Assembly: GCF_963921235.1 (NCBI RefSeq)
Contig: NC_086097.1
Coordinates: 54,500,001-54,564,000 of the forward strand
Direction: 5' to 3'
Origin: Mobula hypostoma
Lineage: Eukaryota
DNA length: 64,000 nt
Positions 13,327-26,475 of the stretch are shown here, piece after piece; position 1 is the stretch's first letter; every line of letters begins with the position of its first letter. The position numbers and the translations under genes are program-made. The notes beneath the pieces were generated by a model. It had not been told where the DNA came from. It saw only the letters and a list, made by a program, of their open reading frames with translations, and ran no database searches.

Positions 13327-13893
13327 CACGTGGCCTCTGAGACCATGGAGGAACATCTGGAAAACTTCTGAAATGCCCGCTTCACTGCTGCTGCTACTGT
13401 GTGGTAACTGGAATCTCCGGAGCAGAAGGCCCCGAATCCTCGGCTTTGCTTGTTTCAGCAGCCGGGGCTAGGTCGATGGCGCTCGGGAGGCTGTATCGGA
13501 GGGGCTGGTTGGAGGCTCAAAGTTCTCGGATGGATGGACTTGGTGTCGGCTGTGGTCGGCTGCTTCCAAGGCATCGGCAAGTTGACAGTGCCTGGAGGTT
13601 TATGGCAGGGAGTTTCTCCCTTTTGTCGCCTGCTATCGGAGACTCGGGAGTCGATCAACTCGGGGACTTTGAGACTTTTTTTTTTACCATGCCTGTGGTT
13701 GGTTCTTCATCAAATTATGGTATTGCTTTGCACTGCTGTAACTGTATGTTATAATTATGTGGTTCTGTCAGTGTTAGTCTTTGGTTTGTCCTGCTTTCTG
13801 TGATATCACTCTGGAGAAACATTGTATCATTTCTTAATGCATGTATGCATTTCTAAATGACAATAAAAGAGGACTGAGTGTTCTCATACTAAT
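13327..13893 (+). mobile_element. About 600-bp non-coding repeat family, copy 2 (5'-truncated variant)
   Basis: ggaggaacatctggaaaacttctgaaatgccc...aaatgacaataaaagaggactgagtgttctcata matches copies 1 and 3. Confidence 0.8.
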
Positions 13894-14269
13894 ACATATA
13901 TCATGTATAGTTATGATAGAATGCAGTCACAAAAAAAAATAGCTGAAGTCCCTGAGTGGCATGGCCAGAAGATTGATGGTGCATGGGATGTTGTCCTGGA
14001 GCCATGTTTCTACAAAAAACAAGCACGAGCAGTTCCTCATCATGGACTAGTGCAGCCACAAATGAATGCAATCCAGCTATTTTCCTGGGATTGAAAACTA
14101 GAGAGCAGCACCAATAGCACGGACCGAACCCTGACCCAGCAACGATTCTAGCGCGCGGCTCTCTTGGCATCTTTGACAGTTGTATAGCAATGGTCGGGGA
14201 TGTTTTTCTTTTGCCTCTAGTGGGACAGAAGATGTACTGGTAGTATTATGGTAGCACACTCTTTACTTA

Positions 14270-15220
14270 ACCACTTTACTCACTTTATACCTATGACTTT
14301 GTAGCTAAGTACAGCTCCAATACCATATTTATGTTTGCTGAGATACCACTTGTTGGCCAAATCTAAAGTGGTGGCAAATCAGTTTATGGGAGGGATATTG
14401 AAAGTCTGGTTGAATGGTGCCATACCACCCTCTCATTCGACGTCACCAAAACCAAAGAGTTAGTTATCAATTACAAGACGAAGAAACCAGAGGCCCATGA
14501 GCCCATACTCATGGAGTAGTAGAGGTGGAAAGAGTCAGCAGTTTAAAATTTCTTGACATTATCATATCAGAGGATATGTCCTGATGTTCAATACTTTTAC
14601 TTTCTTAGAGGTTTCCATAGATTCAGGATGTCACCAAAAATTTTGACAGACTTCCAAAGATGCACAGTATTCTTACTGGTTGCATCACAGCCTGATGTGG
14701 AAACACCAATGTCCAAGAACGCAAAAGTGTACAGAAAGTGGATACAGCCCAGTCCATCACAGGGAAAGCCCTCTGCTCAGTTGAACACACCTACATGGAT
14801 CGCTGCCATAAGAAAACAGTATCCATCATCAAAGACAGCCCACCAACCAGGCATTGCCCCCTTTTTGCTACTACTGTCGGGTAGGAAGTATGGAAGCCTT
14901 ATGTCCCACGTTACCAGGCTCAAGAACAATTATTACCCTACAGTTAGGCTCCTGAAGTGAAATGGACAACTTCATTCACCACAACTCTGACCTGATTCTA
15001 CAATCTACAGATTCACTTTCAACGATTCTACAACTCATGTTCTTGGTAAATATTTTTATTAATCATGCAATTTGTGTTTTGCACATTGGTTGTTTGTCAG
15101 TCTTTGTGCATATTTTCATTTTTTTCATCCTTCTTTAAATATTTGCAATAAAAATGGATTTCAAGGCAGTATATGGTAACGTATACATATCTTTGATGAC
15201 AAATTTTACTTTGACTTTTG
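14270..15220 (+). mobile_element. Old Rex1/Babar 3' fragment
   Basis: Decayed FADDTT/KTKEL region, LLLSGRKYGSL peptide and the 3' tail. Confidence 0.7.
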
Positions 15221-15289
15221 ACAATTGGAGTTAGCCTAGTTGAAGTCACTGGCAATGATGAAAAGGGCATCTGGCTATCCCATTTCAAG

Positions 15290-15800
15290 GCTGTTAACCA
15301 CAGAGTATAAGTTCATTAAGTGCGGGCTTTGTGTCTTTCTGAGGTGGGATGTAGACTGCTGTTAGGATAGCTAAAGTGAACTCTCATGGCAGATAGTATG
15401 GGTGACACTTCACCACCAGATACACCAACTTGGTTGAGGCAGAGGAGTTCACTGGGACTATCACGTCTGAGCACCATAAGAAATTGATTAAGAAGCAGAC
15501 CCCTTTGAATCTAACTTTGGTCAAGGACACCATATTGTCCATCTGGTGAATTGAGAAACCCACAGGTTGAACGGTACAGCCAGGTGAGGTAGGTGCAAGC
15601 CTTGTTTCAGTGAGACAAAACACGCAACAGCCCCTCAGTTCTTTTTGATAGGTCAGTCTTCCCCTATTTTATCAACTTGTTCTCAATGGCCTGGACATTA
15701 GCTAGTAGTATGCTGGGAGAGGGGGGGAGGGTGGTTCTTGAACCTATACTATTGTCCTGCTGTCTTGCCACGCATCTGAGGTTGCAGCTAGTACTGAGGG
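15290..15800 (-). mobile_element. Old Rex1/Babar endonuclease fragment
   Basis: CLTETRL...GVCFLIN...VKCHPYYLP, paralogous to 18174-18917. Confidence 0.65.
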
Positions 15801-15987
15801 TCAGGCCTTATGTAGTATCTGTTCATTTATTTTTTTACTTGTTGAGAGAGGGGTTAACCAATGTTACTCAAAGCAAGTTTTCAGTTTGTTTTTTTGTGAA
15901 AAGTAACAGATTTGGCATGAATTTGAGAATGTTTAACACAGGTCTAGTTATTCTTAGACATGTATATGAAGTACTATTTCAATATTT

Positions 15988-16181
15988 TGATAGCTTAATG
16001 GTTAGCACAATGCTTTACATTATCAGTGACCCGGGTTCAATTTGCATTGCTGCCTGTATGGAGTTTGTACATTCTCCCCTTGACCATGTGGGTTTCCTCC
16101 GGGTGCTCTGGTTTCCTCCCTCAGTCCATAGACGGTACCGGTTGATAGGTAGCTGGGTCCTGTGACGAGGCTAGGGCTAAA
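15988..16181 (+). mobile_element. V-SINE/HE1-like SINE, 5' part (3' part at 19073-19140)
   Basis: tRNA head (atggttagca...gggttcaat) and gtgggtttcctccgggtgctctggtttcctccc domain; colinear with the intact copy at 43092-43388. Confidence 0.75.
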
Positions 16182-19072
16182 TCAGATTCAGGTTTACTAT
16201 CACCGGCATGTAACTTAGCCACAGCAGTTCAATGTAATACATAATCTAGCAGAGAGAGAAAAAAAATTGAATAGATTTTTTAAAATGTACAAAAACAGAA
16301 ATACACTATATTAAAAAAAGTGTGGTAGTGTCCAAAGCTTCAATGTCCATTTAGGAATCGGATGGGAAGAAGCTGTTTCTGAATCGCTGAGTTAATAATG
16401 GAACTACCTTTCTGAGACACTGCTCCCTAAAGATTTCCTGGGTACTTTGTAGGCTAGTGCCCAAGATGGAGCTGACTAGATTTACAACCTTCTGCAGCTT
16501 CTTTCAGTCCTGTGCAGTAGCTCCTCCATATCAGACAGTGATGCAGCCTGCTAGAATGTTCTCCATGGTACAACTATAGAAGTTTATGAGTGTATTTGTT
16601 GACAATGCCACATCGCTTCAAACTCCTAACAAAGTATAGCCGCTGTCTTGCCTTCTTTATGACTAAATCAATATGTTGGGATCAGGTTAGATCCTCAGAG
16701 ATCTTGACACCCAAGAATTTGAAACTGCTTACTCTCTCTACTTCTGATCCCTCTATGAGGATTGGTATGTGCTTCTTCGTCTTGCCCTTTCTGAAGTCCA
16801 CAATCAGCTCTTTCGTCTTACTGTCGTTGAGTGCCAGGTTGTTGCTGTGGCACCATTCCATTAGTTGGCATATCTCACTCCTGTACGCCCTCTTGTCACC
16901 ACCTGAGATTCTACCAACAATGGTTGTATCATCAGCAGATTTGTAGATGGTATTTGAGTTATGCCTAGCCACACAGTCATATGTATACAGAGAGTAGGGC
17001 AGTGGGCTAAGCACATACCCCTGAGGTGTGCCTGTGTGGTCTTCCGGTTAGGAAGGCAAGGATCCAATTGCAGAGGGAGGTACAGAGGCCCAGGTTCTGC
17101 AACTTCTCAATCAGGGTTGTGGGAATGTTGGTATTAAATGCTGAGCGATAGTCGATGAACAGCATCCTGATGTAGGTGTTTGTGTTGTCTAGGTGGTCTA
17201 AATCCGTGTAGAGAGCCATTGAGATTGCGTTGCAGTTGACCTATTGTGGCAATAGGCAAATTGCAATGGGTCCAGGTCCTTGCTGAGGCAGGAGTTCAGT
17301 CTAGTCATAACCAACCTCTCAAAGCATTTCATCACTGTCGATGTGAGTGCTACCTGGCGATAGTTATTAAGGCAGCCACGTTATTCTTGTTAGGCACTGG
17401 TATAATTGTTGCCTTTTTGAAGCAAGTGGGAAGTTCTGCCCGTAGCAGTGAGAGGTTGAAAATATCCTTGAATACTCCCGGTAGTTGGTTGGCCCAGGTT
17501 TTCAGAGCTTTACCAGGTACTCTATCAGGACCTTCTGCCTTGCGGGGGTTCACTGTCTTTAAAGACAGTCTAACATCAGCCTCTGAGACTGAGATCACAG
17601 GGTCATCAGGTGAGGCAGGGATCTTCACAGCTGTAGTTGTGTTCTCCCTTAAAGCGTGCACAGAAGATGTTGCGTTCATCTGGTAGTGGAGCATCACTGC
17701 CATTCATACTATTGGGTTTCACTTTGTAGGAAGTAATGTCTTGCAGACCTTGCCAGAGTTGCCGTGCATCTGATATCGCTTTCAATCTCGTTCGAAATTG
17801 TCTCTTTGCCCTTGAAATAGCCCTCCGCAAATCATTCCTGGTTTTCTGGTACAGGCCTGGGTTGCCGGACTTGAATGCCACAGATCTAGCCTTCAGCAGA
17901 CGGCGTACCTCTTGGTTCATCCACGGCTTTTGGTTTGGGAATGTACAGTAAGTCTTTGTCGGCACACACTCATCCACACAGGTTTCAATAAGTCAGTAAC
18001 AACTGCAGCATATTCAGCCAGATTCAAAGATGAATCCCTGAATACAGTCCAGTCCACTGATTCAAAGCAGTCCTGTAGGCACTTTTGTGCTTCCCTTGTC
18101 CAAACCTTCTTGGTCCTCACTGCTGGTGCTGCAGTCTTCAGTCTCTGCCTATATTCAGGGAGTAAAAGTACAGCTAGGTGATTACACTTCCCAAAGTGAG
18201 GGCGTGGAATAGCACGGTAGGCATTCTTGATGGTGATGTAGCAATGGTCCAGTGTGTTGTTTCCTCTGGTATTGCAAGTGATCTGTTGATGGTAATATGC
18301 TTAGTGATTTTTTTCAGACTTTCCTTGTTAAAATCTCCCAAAACAATGGTGAAGGCGTTAGGATGCGCTGTTTCGTGCATGCTGATCCCATTGCTCAGAT
18401 TGTCTAGAGCCTGCTTGACATTGGCCTGAGATGGAATGTAAACTGCGACCAGAATGACCCCAGAGAACTCCTGTGGTAGGTAAAAAGGACGACATTTTAC
18501 TGCTAGATATTCCAGGTCTGGTGAGCAGAACTGGGACAGCACTGATATATTTGTGCACCAAAAAGAGTTGATCATGAGGCATACTGCCCCACCTCTGCTT
18601 TTGAGAGACTCTGTAGATCTAGTCTGATGGTGTATAGTAATCCCGTCAATCTAAATCGCTGCATCCATTACAGAAGGGGTTAACCAGGATTCCATGAAAC
18701 AAAGGACACACGCGGTCCTTACGTCCATCTGATTCAGCATCCTGGCTCTGAGATCATCGATTTTATTCACCAGAGACTGCACATTCACCAGCAAGATAGT
18801 TGGTATAGATAGTTTAAAACCCCGTTTCCTTAAGCGCACTTGTAAACCTGATGTATGCCTGCGCTTCCTCCGAGGTTTACTTCGTGGGCACTTCTGACCA
18901 CAGACTGTTGTTTCCATCGGTTTTAAGCAAGTGATAATTTGTTTAAACTCATTAAGACATCTTTGTTGACTGTACTGACCTTGGAAGCAGTTGTGCTTTT
19001 TAGCTGTAACAGGCTGAAACCAGAATATTTAATTGTATTCATTGAGAGTACTGCTGCTGCTCGTGTCGCACA
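16182..19072 (-). mobile_element. Near-full-length Rex1/Babar element with internal deletions
   Basis: N-terminus RRKRRH..GLQVRLR..PTILLVNVQSLVNKIDDL, EN motifs VLGDFN and SD-H, linker FPNQKPWMN, RT motifs KAEGPD and SADDTTIVG; 3' tail at 16182-16330. Confidence 0.9.
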
Positions 19073-19559
19073 TAGGGATTGCTGGGCAGCATGCCTCAAA
19101 GGGACGGAAGGCTCTATTCTGCACTGTATCTCAATAAATTTTAAAAAATTGAAGAGATCCAACTGTTGACTTACTGAATTTGTTTTGAGGTACACGGTTT
19201 ACAAGCTCCAATATCATAACATTTTTATTGCCTTTCGAGTTGAACAAGCACTTAGGTATTTTTCATATACGTCTACATCATCATTTTGAGAATGGCTTGG
19301 TTAGAATCATCAGTTGCATCTTTCTGACTCATGAATTGGCTGATTACATATCCTCTGTATCTCTGTTTTACATTTGTATAGGATTATCCTCACCTGGATC
19401 AGTTTCCAATCATTTGTTCTTAATCAGAGCACCAAGAGTAACGATTTCCACTTTCCATTTTTGCAGCATTATCTCTGTTGATGTTCTCCAGGAATTTAAA
19501 TTTGGTTGTTGTTCTTGTCTAAATACATCTGCAAGGTCACAGAGCAGAGAAGGGAGCAG

Positions 19560-20320
19560 AGGGAGTGAGAGTTATCTGAAGTTAGAAAATGTGATATTCA
19601 TACCATTGGCTTGCTTGTAGATGACCTAGGCGTAATATAGCTGCTATTCTTCTACATTATGTTTAACTTCACTCTTACGGTGGAGAAGGTTGAGGATTGT
19701 CAAGTTGATGTGGAAATGGGAAGGCATTTGAAATAGTATCCAACCAAGAGGTCAGGATGGCCATTGAAAAACAATCATCACTTGGTCTCACCATTGGTCA
19801 CATCAAGAACACCAAATGCAGTAGATAAAATTGGTGGAGTTGTATGTAAATCTTTGTCTGACCTGGAAGGGGTGTTTAGGTCCCTGGTTAGTGATGAGTG
19901 AGGAAATAGAGTTAAGTATTGCACCTCCTATGGTTGCAGGAGAATGTACCAATGGACAGGAAGGGATGGCTGGATAGAGATGAGCAAACCAGAGAGTCAA
20001 GAAGAGAGTTGAAAGCCAAAGCAGAAAAGGGTGGGGAAGGCAAAGATGTGATTGTGACAGGATCCCATTGCAGCTGGCAGAAATGATGAAGCACGATATG
20101 TTGAACATGAAGGCTGGTGGGTTGAAAAATGAGGACCCAGCAAATTTTCTCTGTACAGTCTTGGTGGAGGTTGTATAAGTGCAGATGGTGGGGAATTGGA
20201 GAAAATATGTGTGATGGCTCTAACAGCCTCAGAGACATGAGACATGTTTCATGAAGAAGGAAGTTCTTTAGATATCCTGGAACAGAAAGCCTCATCTTGA
20301 GAAAAGATGTGTTAGAGACC
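19560..20320 (-). mobile_element. Old Penelope-like fragment (GIY-YIG region)
   Basis: Minus-strand peptide QGPKHPFQVRQRFTYNSTNFIYCIWCS; colinear with 10130-10830. Confidence 0.7.
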
Positions 20321-22717
20321 AAAACAAAATGAGATGGAGAAATGTAAAATGTAGACTGGTTGTACACACATAGCCTCACTTTGTGCAACATGTTTCCTTG
20401 GATTAAATTTCAAAATCACTTCATTCATTATGAGATTAGGACACCTTAAGGGAAAAAGAAACTACATAAAACAAATCTATCCATTACAAAAACAAAGTGC
20501 TGGGGTTGGGAGATGGGAGGAAAGCAGATCAGACAATATTAGTGGAAACTGAAACAATCAGCATTTCGTGTTTGTGAACCTTCAACTATCTGATATATTT
20601 CAAAAGCTCTGGCCAACCTCAATAGGTTGTGTACATTTCATCATAGGAAGGATATATTGGCATTGGAAGAATTGTTGCTAGGAATGATAACATGGAGAGA
20701 GTTAAATTATGAAGGCAAATTGCAAGGACTGGTTCAAGATTGACTGTAATTTATTGGATTGTGTCAACACAACTGATGGAACAAAATTATTTCTGTGGGC
20801 ATAAAATTAGAGCTAAGATTGATTTCTGAAATCTTCATGCACATGTAAATTAATGAATTATTCCTCCCATTCACTTAAATTTCAGAGATTAACATTTTCA
20901 TTTGGCAATTTCATCATAGTAGCCATGTACAAGTTGCTCTGGGATCATCTTTGTTAACAATCTGTCAAATGAATGCATGTTAAATTAATAAATGCCTAAG
21001 GAGTATCTCTGTAGGTAGTTATAAATCAAAAATCCCTATTGCATTTAATAGAGAAGAGTGAACGAGAAGAAGATGACAGATCCACCCCAGGTTCTAAATG
21101 CCCAGCTTATTTTCAGCCTCTGCAGTACATATGACTTGCGTGTTTGGGAGACCCAGTGGCTGCTGTAGAACAGTAGACAATTTCTTCTGGAAACTCAGTT
21201 TGTAGTCATGTTTCTGACATGAACTGTTCGTGTTGTGAACCCTGCCATAACCTATGAAGGACCTGTATTTGTAAATACACTTTGTCAGAAAAAGTTTTGT
21301 GTGAATGCAGTAAAGTTAATAATGACATTTTAAATGTGAAAATAGCAACATATGAAATAAAACGGAAAACCATCAGTTTGGTTATACAAGCAATAAAAGT
21401 ACACTTGTGAATGTCACAATAATTTCATAAGCTTTAAGTTGGTTATACCATACCCTTAAACTTGATTGAAGCAAGGAAAAAAAAGATCTGATTTTTAAAA
21501 TGCTTGCAAAATGAGGTTATTGACCATGTCTTAAAACCATGTTAGCAAACCAAGGACTTGAAGAATGATATTTACCACAGGATATACTGAAAGCAAAGAG
21601 AGAAAAATATAATAGGTGTAAAATAATCTGAAATAAAAAGTCAGTGGTTAGACAGCCTCAACAAAAGAGCAAAAATTATTCTTTTTTCATGTGACCAAAC
21701 TATTTTAGTGTTTCATCATAAATGTACTTACATTTGTTTCTAAGTTATCTGCGAATTTGTGTTACACAATTTGGAGTAAATCAAACAGGGATTTCAAATT
21801 AAATAATTTTGAGTTTTAAAGTAGCTTAAATAACTCAGTTTTCAATACCAATTTGACATTCTCAAAATGCCAATAAATTTGACATTATTCTTTGATATTT
21901 CTTAACGTTATTATGTATGTTTATCATTTGAAACAAGTTCTGTTTGTCATGTAATTTTGCTTGTCATGTCATTTGTAATTGAAAAGAATGGATTTTTTCA
22001 ACTAGTCATTGATATGTGTGCTGGTTTTGGTTGATTGTTATCATTGTTCCAGATCTACTGTTTCCACACCAACGCAAATATTTGGATTTAATCATGAAAG
22101 CCTTGAAGTCACTTGTTCGTCTGGGCCTATATCGGCACTGGACTATTCACTCATATATTTGTGCATAAGAACATGCAAATTAGGAGTTAGTAGTAGGCCA
22201 CTAGAATCCTCACAGTATCTCCAATGTTCTGACTGTCTGACTGATTGATGGTAACCTCAACTGTATATTCCCATCCACTTGTGATAACTTGCTATTCAAG
22301 ATTTTATATATAAGATATACTATATATGTCTATTAATTACCAGGCCATGCTACTAAGACTGCTTTTTGTACCTGTGCTCTTCATTGGGCCTCAGATGGAG
22401 CCCATTAGGGCATAAAGAGTTCCCTAAGGATTGTGCAGCACAGAAGTTCTACCTCCCATATCCATTCCAGCCTTTTAGTCCATCTGCACTAATCCCATTT
22501 TCTTGCATTATATTCGTGTTCTTCTATGACCTGCTGATTTAAGCCATGTCTAAATGCTTCTTAAATATAGGTGATTATATCTGACTCTGCTATTATCTCT
22601 GGCAGCGAGTTCCAGGTATTAGGTGCACTCTCTTCCCCTAAACTACCTTCTTCTCAGACTGTTGTTTCAGATAACTCTACCACTAGGAAAAGAAAGATCC
22701 TGACTATCTACCTTACT

Positions 22718-23095
22718 TTGTCTGGCAGGGTGGAGATGCATCTTTACCAAAGGAGATGTAAGACGCTCTTTCCCTCCACCAGCCTGCAGGTCACCCTTGG
22801 GCAAGGTGTAGCACTTGCTTAGCTCCCCTGATCAGGGTCACATGAAGTCATGGGAATGGGTGGTGAATGGTCATATGAACAGCTGGTGCATATAACAATT
22901 CCTGGTAATGTGACCACTGATGCCAAGTAGTCTCTGAAGAGTATTGATAATGACTGGGGTCACCCATCTTGTAAAGATACTGCCCAGAAGAAGGTAATGG
23001 CAAACCACTTCTGTAGAAAAATTTGCCAAGACCAGTCATGTCATGGGACCATGATTGCCTATGTCATATGACATGGCACATAATGATGATGATGA
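22718..23095 (+). mobile_element. RTE/BovB-related non-autonomous element inserted in an old minus-strand CR1 remnant
   Basis: BovB-like motif gaaggtaatggcaaaccact (22990-23009); 3' end catggcacataa(tga)n. Confidence 0.7.
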
Positions 23096-24892
23096 CCCTA
23101 TCTATACCTCCTTATAATTTCAGATATCTTTCAGGTTACCCCTCACTGCAGGGAAAACAAACACAGCTTATCTAATCTTTTATCAGTCTGGGCAACATCC
23201 TGGGAATCTCCTCTACAGTTTCTCCAGCACAACCTCATCCCTTCCTATAGTCTGGCAGACTGAACTGTACACAATATTCCCACATGCAATCTAAGCAACA
23301 TTTTGTAAAGTTGCAACTTGTCACAACTTTTATGTTCTCTGTTCCTACCTATGAAGGCATCTTCATTTTTTCTACACTACCACATCTACCAGTGTTACCA
23401 CTTTCAGCTATCTATGGATTTAAACCCCAAGGTCCTTCTTTTCATTTACATTCCTTCATCTATTCTGTGTCCAACCTCCATTTAACTTCCCACAATGCAT
23501 CATGTAACACTTGTTGAGACGAAATTCCATTTGCTGATGATCTTACAAACTGAGAATTCTATCCATTGAAATTATACCAGCTTAAACAAGGCTCAAGCAT
23601 AGCCGTCCCTATTCAAATAAATTGGAGAAATCAAAAAGTAACATGCTCGATTTTTTCATTTATTAAAGTAGATTTTAATGTTTGTGTTAACATGAACAAT
23701 TATGTATTAATTGCATTGTGCATCAATTTTGCATGTAAAATGTGAGTAGAAACTTGTTAACTGTTTTTGTTTTTAAAAAGCTCTAAACTTTGCTAACTAG
23801 TGGTAAATGTCAAAGACATGCCTGTTAGTAATGCCAGTTTTGATAACGTGAGTCTAGGGACAGGGCTTACCAGCTGTCAAATCCCTTCTGAGAGTGAAGC
23901 CAAATACTTGTCTGAAGACAGACTCTATACTCTTGAGGTTTTGGGACAGAGGCTTTCAGCAGAAGGGTACATCAGAGGCTAAAGCAATGCAATTACTGCA
24001 GTTCAGGAGCAGCTAGCCAGCAATTTTATCTGTTCCAAATAGTTAATCTTTCAAAAACAGAACTTAAATCTATTTGGTGTTCTATTTCTCTGCAAGAACT
24101 ACCTTTTATATGAGATGTTTCCAACAGCAACAAGATGTGATTGCTAGCCTTACACTGTTTTGTGTTTCATATTTCAAGTAGTGTACTTGTTCTTTTCCCT
24201 TCACCTACACACGTGATCACAGGTGTTCCATTTTACTTGGCCAAGAATTGATTCAAGTTCAGACCCGGTGTCATGTTATTAAAGGGTAGTAATTTCCTGG
24301 TTTATTCTCCAGAATTCATTGTCTGTTTAGTCCAAAATAATAAAAATGTCAATATATTGTAGAAATATTTTTTAAAGTTTATTATTACTCTTCATTAAAA
24401 ATGAATTTTAAAATCATTTTAATATGGTAAAATAATCTGAATTTTACAAAGCTTAAATAACATCTATATGTATTAGTGTTTTGTCTGGAGAAACTCCAGT
24501 GGCATTAGTAACCTTGCCTTCACTTAAAGGTTGTGATCTATTCTTTTTCCTGAGAACAGATTGGAACATACTATGCAAAAGTACACCAAAACTCTTCTAA
24601 ATTTAGAAAGTGTTTGACATAGCAGATGAGTTTGGTCAGCTCAGCTGATTGTGATTCTACATGTATGCGGCTGGTCAGTCTATTCTGCTGATGATTCAGA
24701 GTTATTTTATCCAGGGATAAAGTATGTATAGAGGTTTGGTGGTCCTAAAGCTTAATATTGACAACATTCTACTTTGTATTTAAACTTCGAAGGTATATGG
24801 TTTTGATGAGTGAAGAAGGTAGCATTAGAAAAGGTAAATTTTATCTGTTTACAGATGCATTCTAATGTATGTTAATATTTCTTTAATTGCAG

Positions 24893-25002
24893 ATGTTCCA
24901 GCCTGGTTAAAAAGTCTGCGTCTGCATAAATATGCAGGTTTATTCTCCAAACTCACGTATGAAGAAATGATGGCACTCACGGAAGTTCAACTGGAAGCAC
25001 GG
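24893..25002 (+). CDS. SAMD4A: Smaug homolog exon, N-terminal half of SAM domain: (D)[36 protein letters not shown]
   Basis: Acceptor ctttaattgcag|AT (phase 1), donor CGG|gtatat; Smaug/Vts1 SAM signature [10 protein letters not shown]. Confidence 0.95.
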
Positions 25003-25849
25003 GTATATTCTTCAACATTAATCATCACTTATCTGCAGATGATTTATCTGTAAATGCTTATGTTTGGTTAAATTTTCCCATCATTTGTTCCATTTGTTCA
25101 TTCTTGGGATGACTATTCCCTTTTTTGCATTATTTATTTATTTGGTAATTTACAGTAATTTTATGTTTTTGCACTGTACCGCTGCCATGAAACAACAAAG
25201 TTCACTTCATATAAGACAATGACAATAAACCAGAACCTGATCTTCTAAAGCCAATATTATTAATCCCTCTCCAATTGATCTTGCATTGATATTGGAACAA
25301 TGTTGTCTGAAATCATTCTAGTATAGGTAGTGAAGATACTTTGCCACTTTTATTAATTAGTAGTTCTTGATTTACAATTCAATAACGATTAAGGAAGAAT
25401 GACTTATTTCTAAGTCAGGATTTAAGAGACTCGAGAAGGAAATGTGATGAGGTGGAATTGCCAGGTGGTTGCTGATCTTGTTTAATGTTCTCATCTGCAA
25501 AAGGTCCCTGATGTACTAAACATCAAACAAAATTATGTGCTTGAATTTCCGAAGTATGGCTTAAGCCAATAATATGGTTGCAGATGAGACTACCGCTTTT
25601 AATACTAAAGGAAAAACATGCACTACCATTTATTATGTGGAAGTTTTCAAATTGTTTTATCTTAGTATATTATGATCACTGCAATCCGCAGCCTGAAACT
25701 TCCCTTTGGGACGTGTGTGTTTGAACCGTCTTAAGTGTTCTGGCATTTGAACCGTTTAAGTGTTCTGTGGTCTCCTGAAGGATTTGGCAAACTGGACTCT
25801 CAAGAATGCATAGAATGCCACAGCAGCCATTACTGGAGTATATATTGGG

Positions 25850-26475
25850 CCGGAATGAATCAGCGGGGCCCAGGGCCAGAGAGCAAAAATGAACGGATGT
25901 TTAGTTGATTTAAGTGCCAAGTAAGATTAAAGTAATTAAAGCGTCAAGGGCAGAGGATAAACCGGTGTTCAGCTCACCTCTCCATGTCAGCCATTATCCC
26001 CCACCTGACACTGTCCCATTTGCCTGGATTTGACCGACCTACCATGAGGCATGCAGTGCAGGAGTCTTGGTCCGTGCCGCCAGTTTCAATAGCAGTTGTT
26101 GCCCTGTGGTCTGGGCCATCTTCACTCACCTCAGTGCTGAATGGACTCCGCAATTATGGTCTGCAGCCATTGGGCTCCTATACTGGCTTCACTCACCTCA
26201 GTACTATACAGAATCTGCAGCTGTGGCATTACTTACCTCTGTGACTGTGGCCTCACTCTCGGGGACTGTGTGGTTCATGTTTTGTGTATTACTTGTTTAC
26301 TTTGTTATTATTTGCACAATTTGTTTTTGTTTCATGCATTGGATGTTTGTCACTCCTGGTTGTGTGGGTTTTTTGTGGATTCTGTTGTTTTCTTTGTTTT
26401 GTGGTTGCCTGCAAGAAGATGAATCTCAAGGTTGTATGTGGCATAACATGTTTTGATTAATTTACTTATGAACAT
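25850..26475 (+). mobile_element. Non-coding element with Rex1/Babar-type 3' tail
   Basis: Ends gcctgcaagaagatgaatctcaaggttgtatgtgg...tttacttatgaac. Confidence 0.55.

Noticed and set aside
24841..24892. Alternative acceptor tttacag 38 nt upstream of the SAM exon
   Set aside because: Its use would shift the frame; no supporting evidence.
1..24892. Upstream SAMD4 exon ending in ...GSGMK
   Set aside because: I found no matching coding sequence by eye, so the preceding intron appears longer than 24.8 kb; a missed small exon cannot be excluded.
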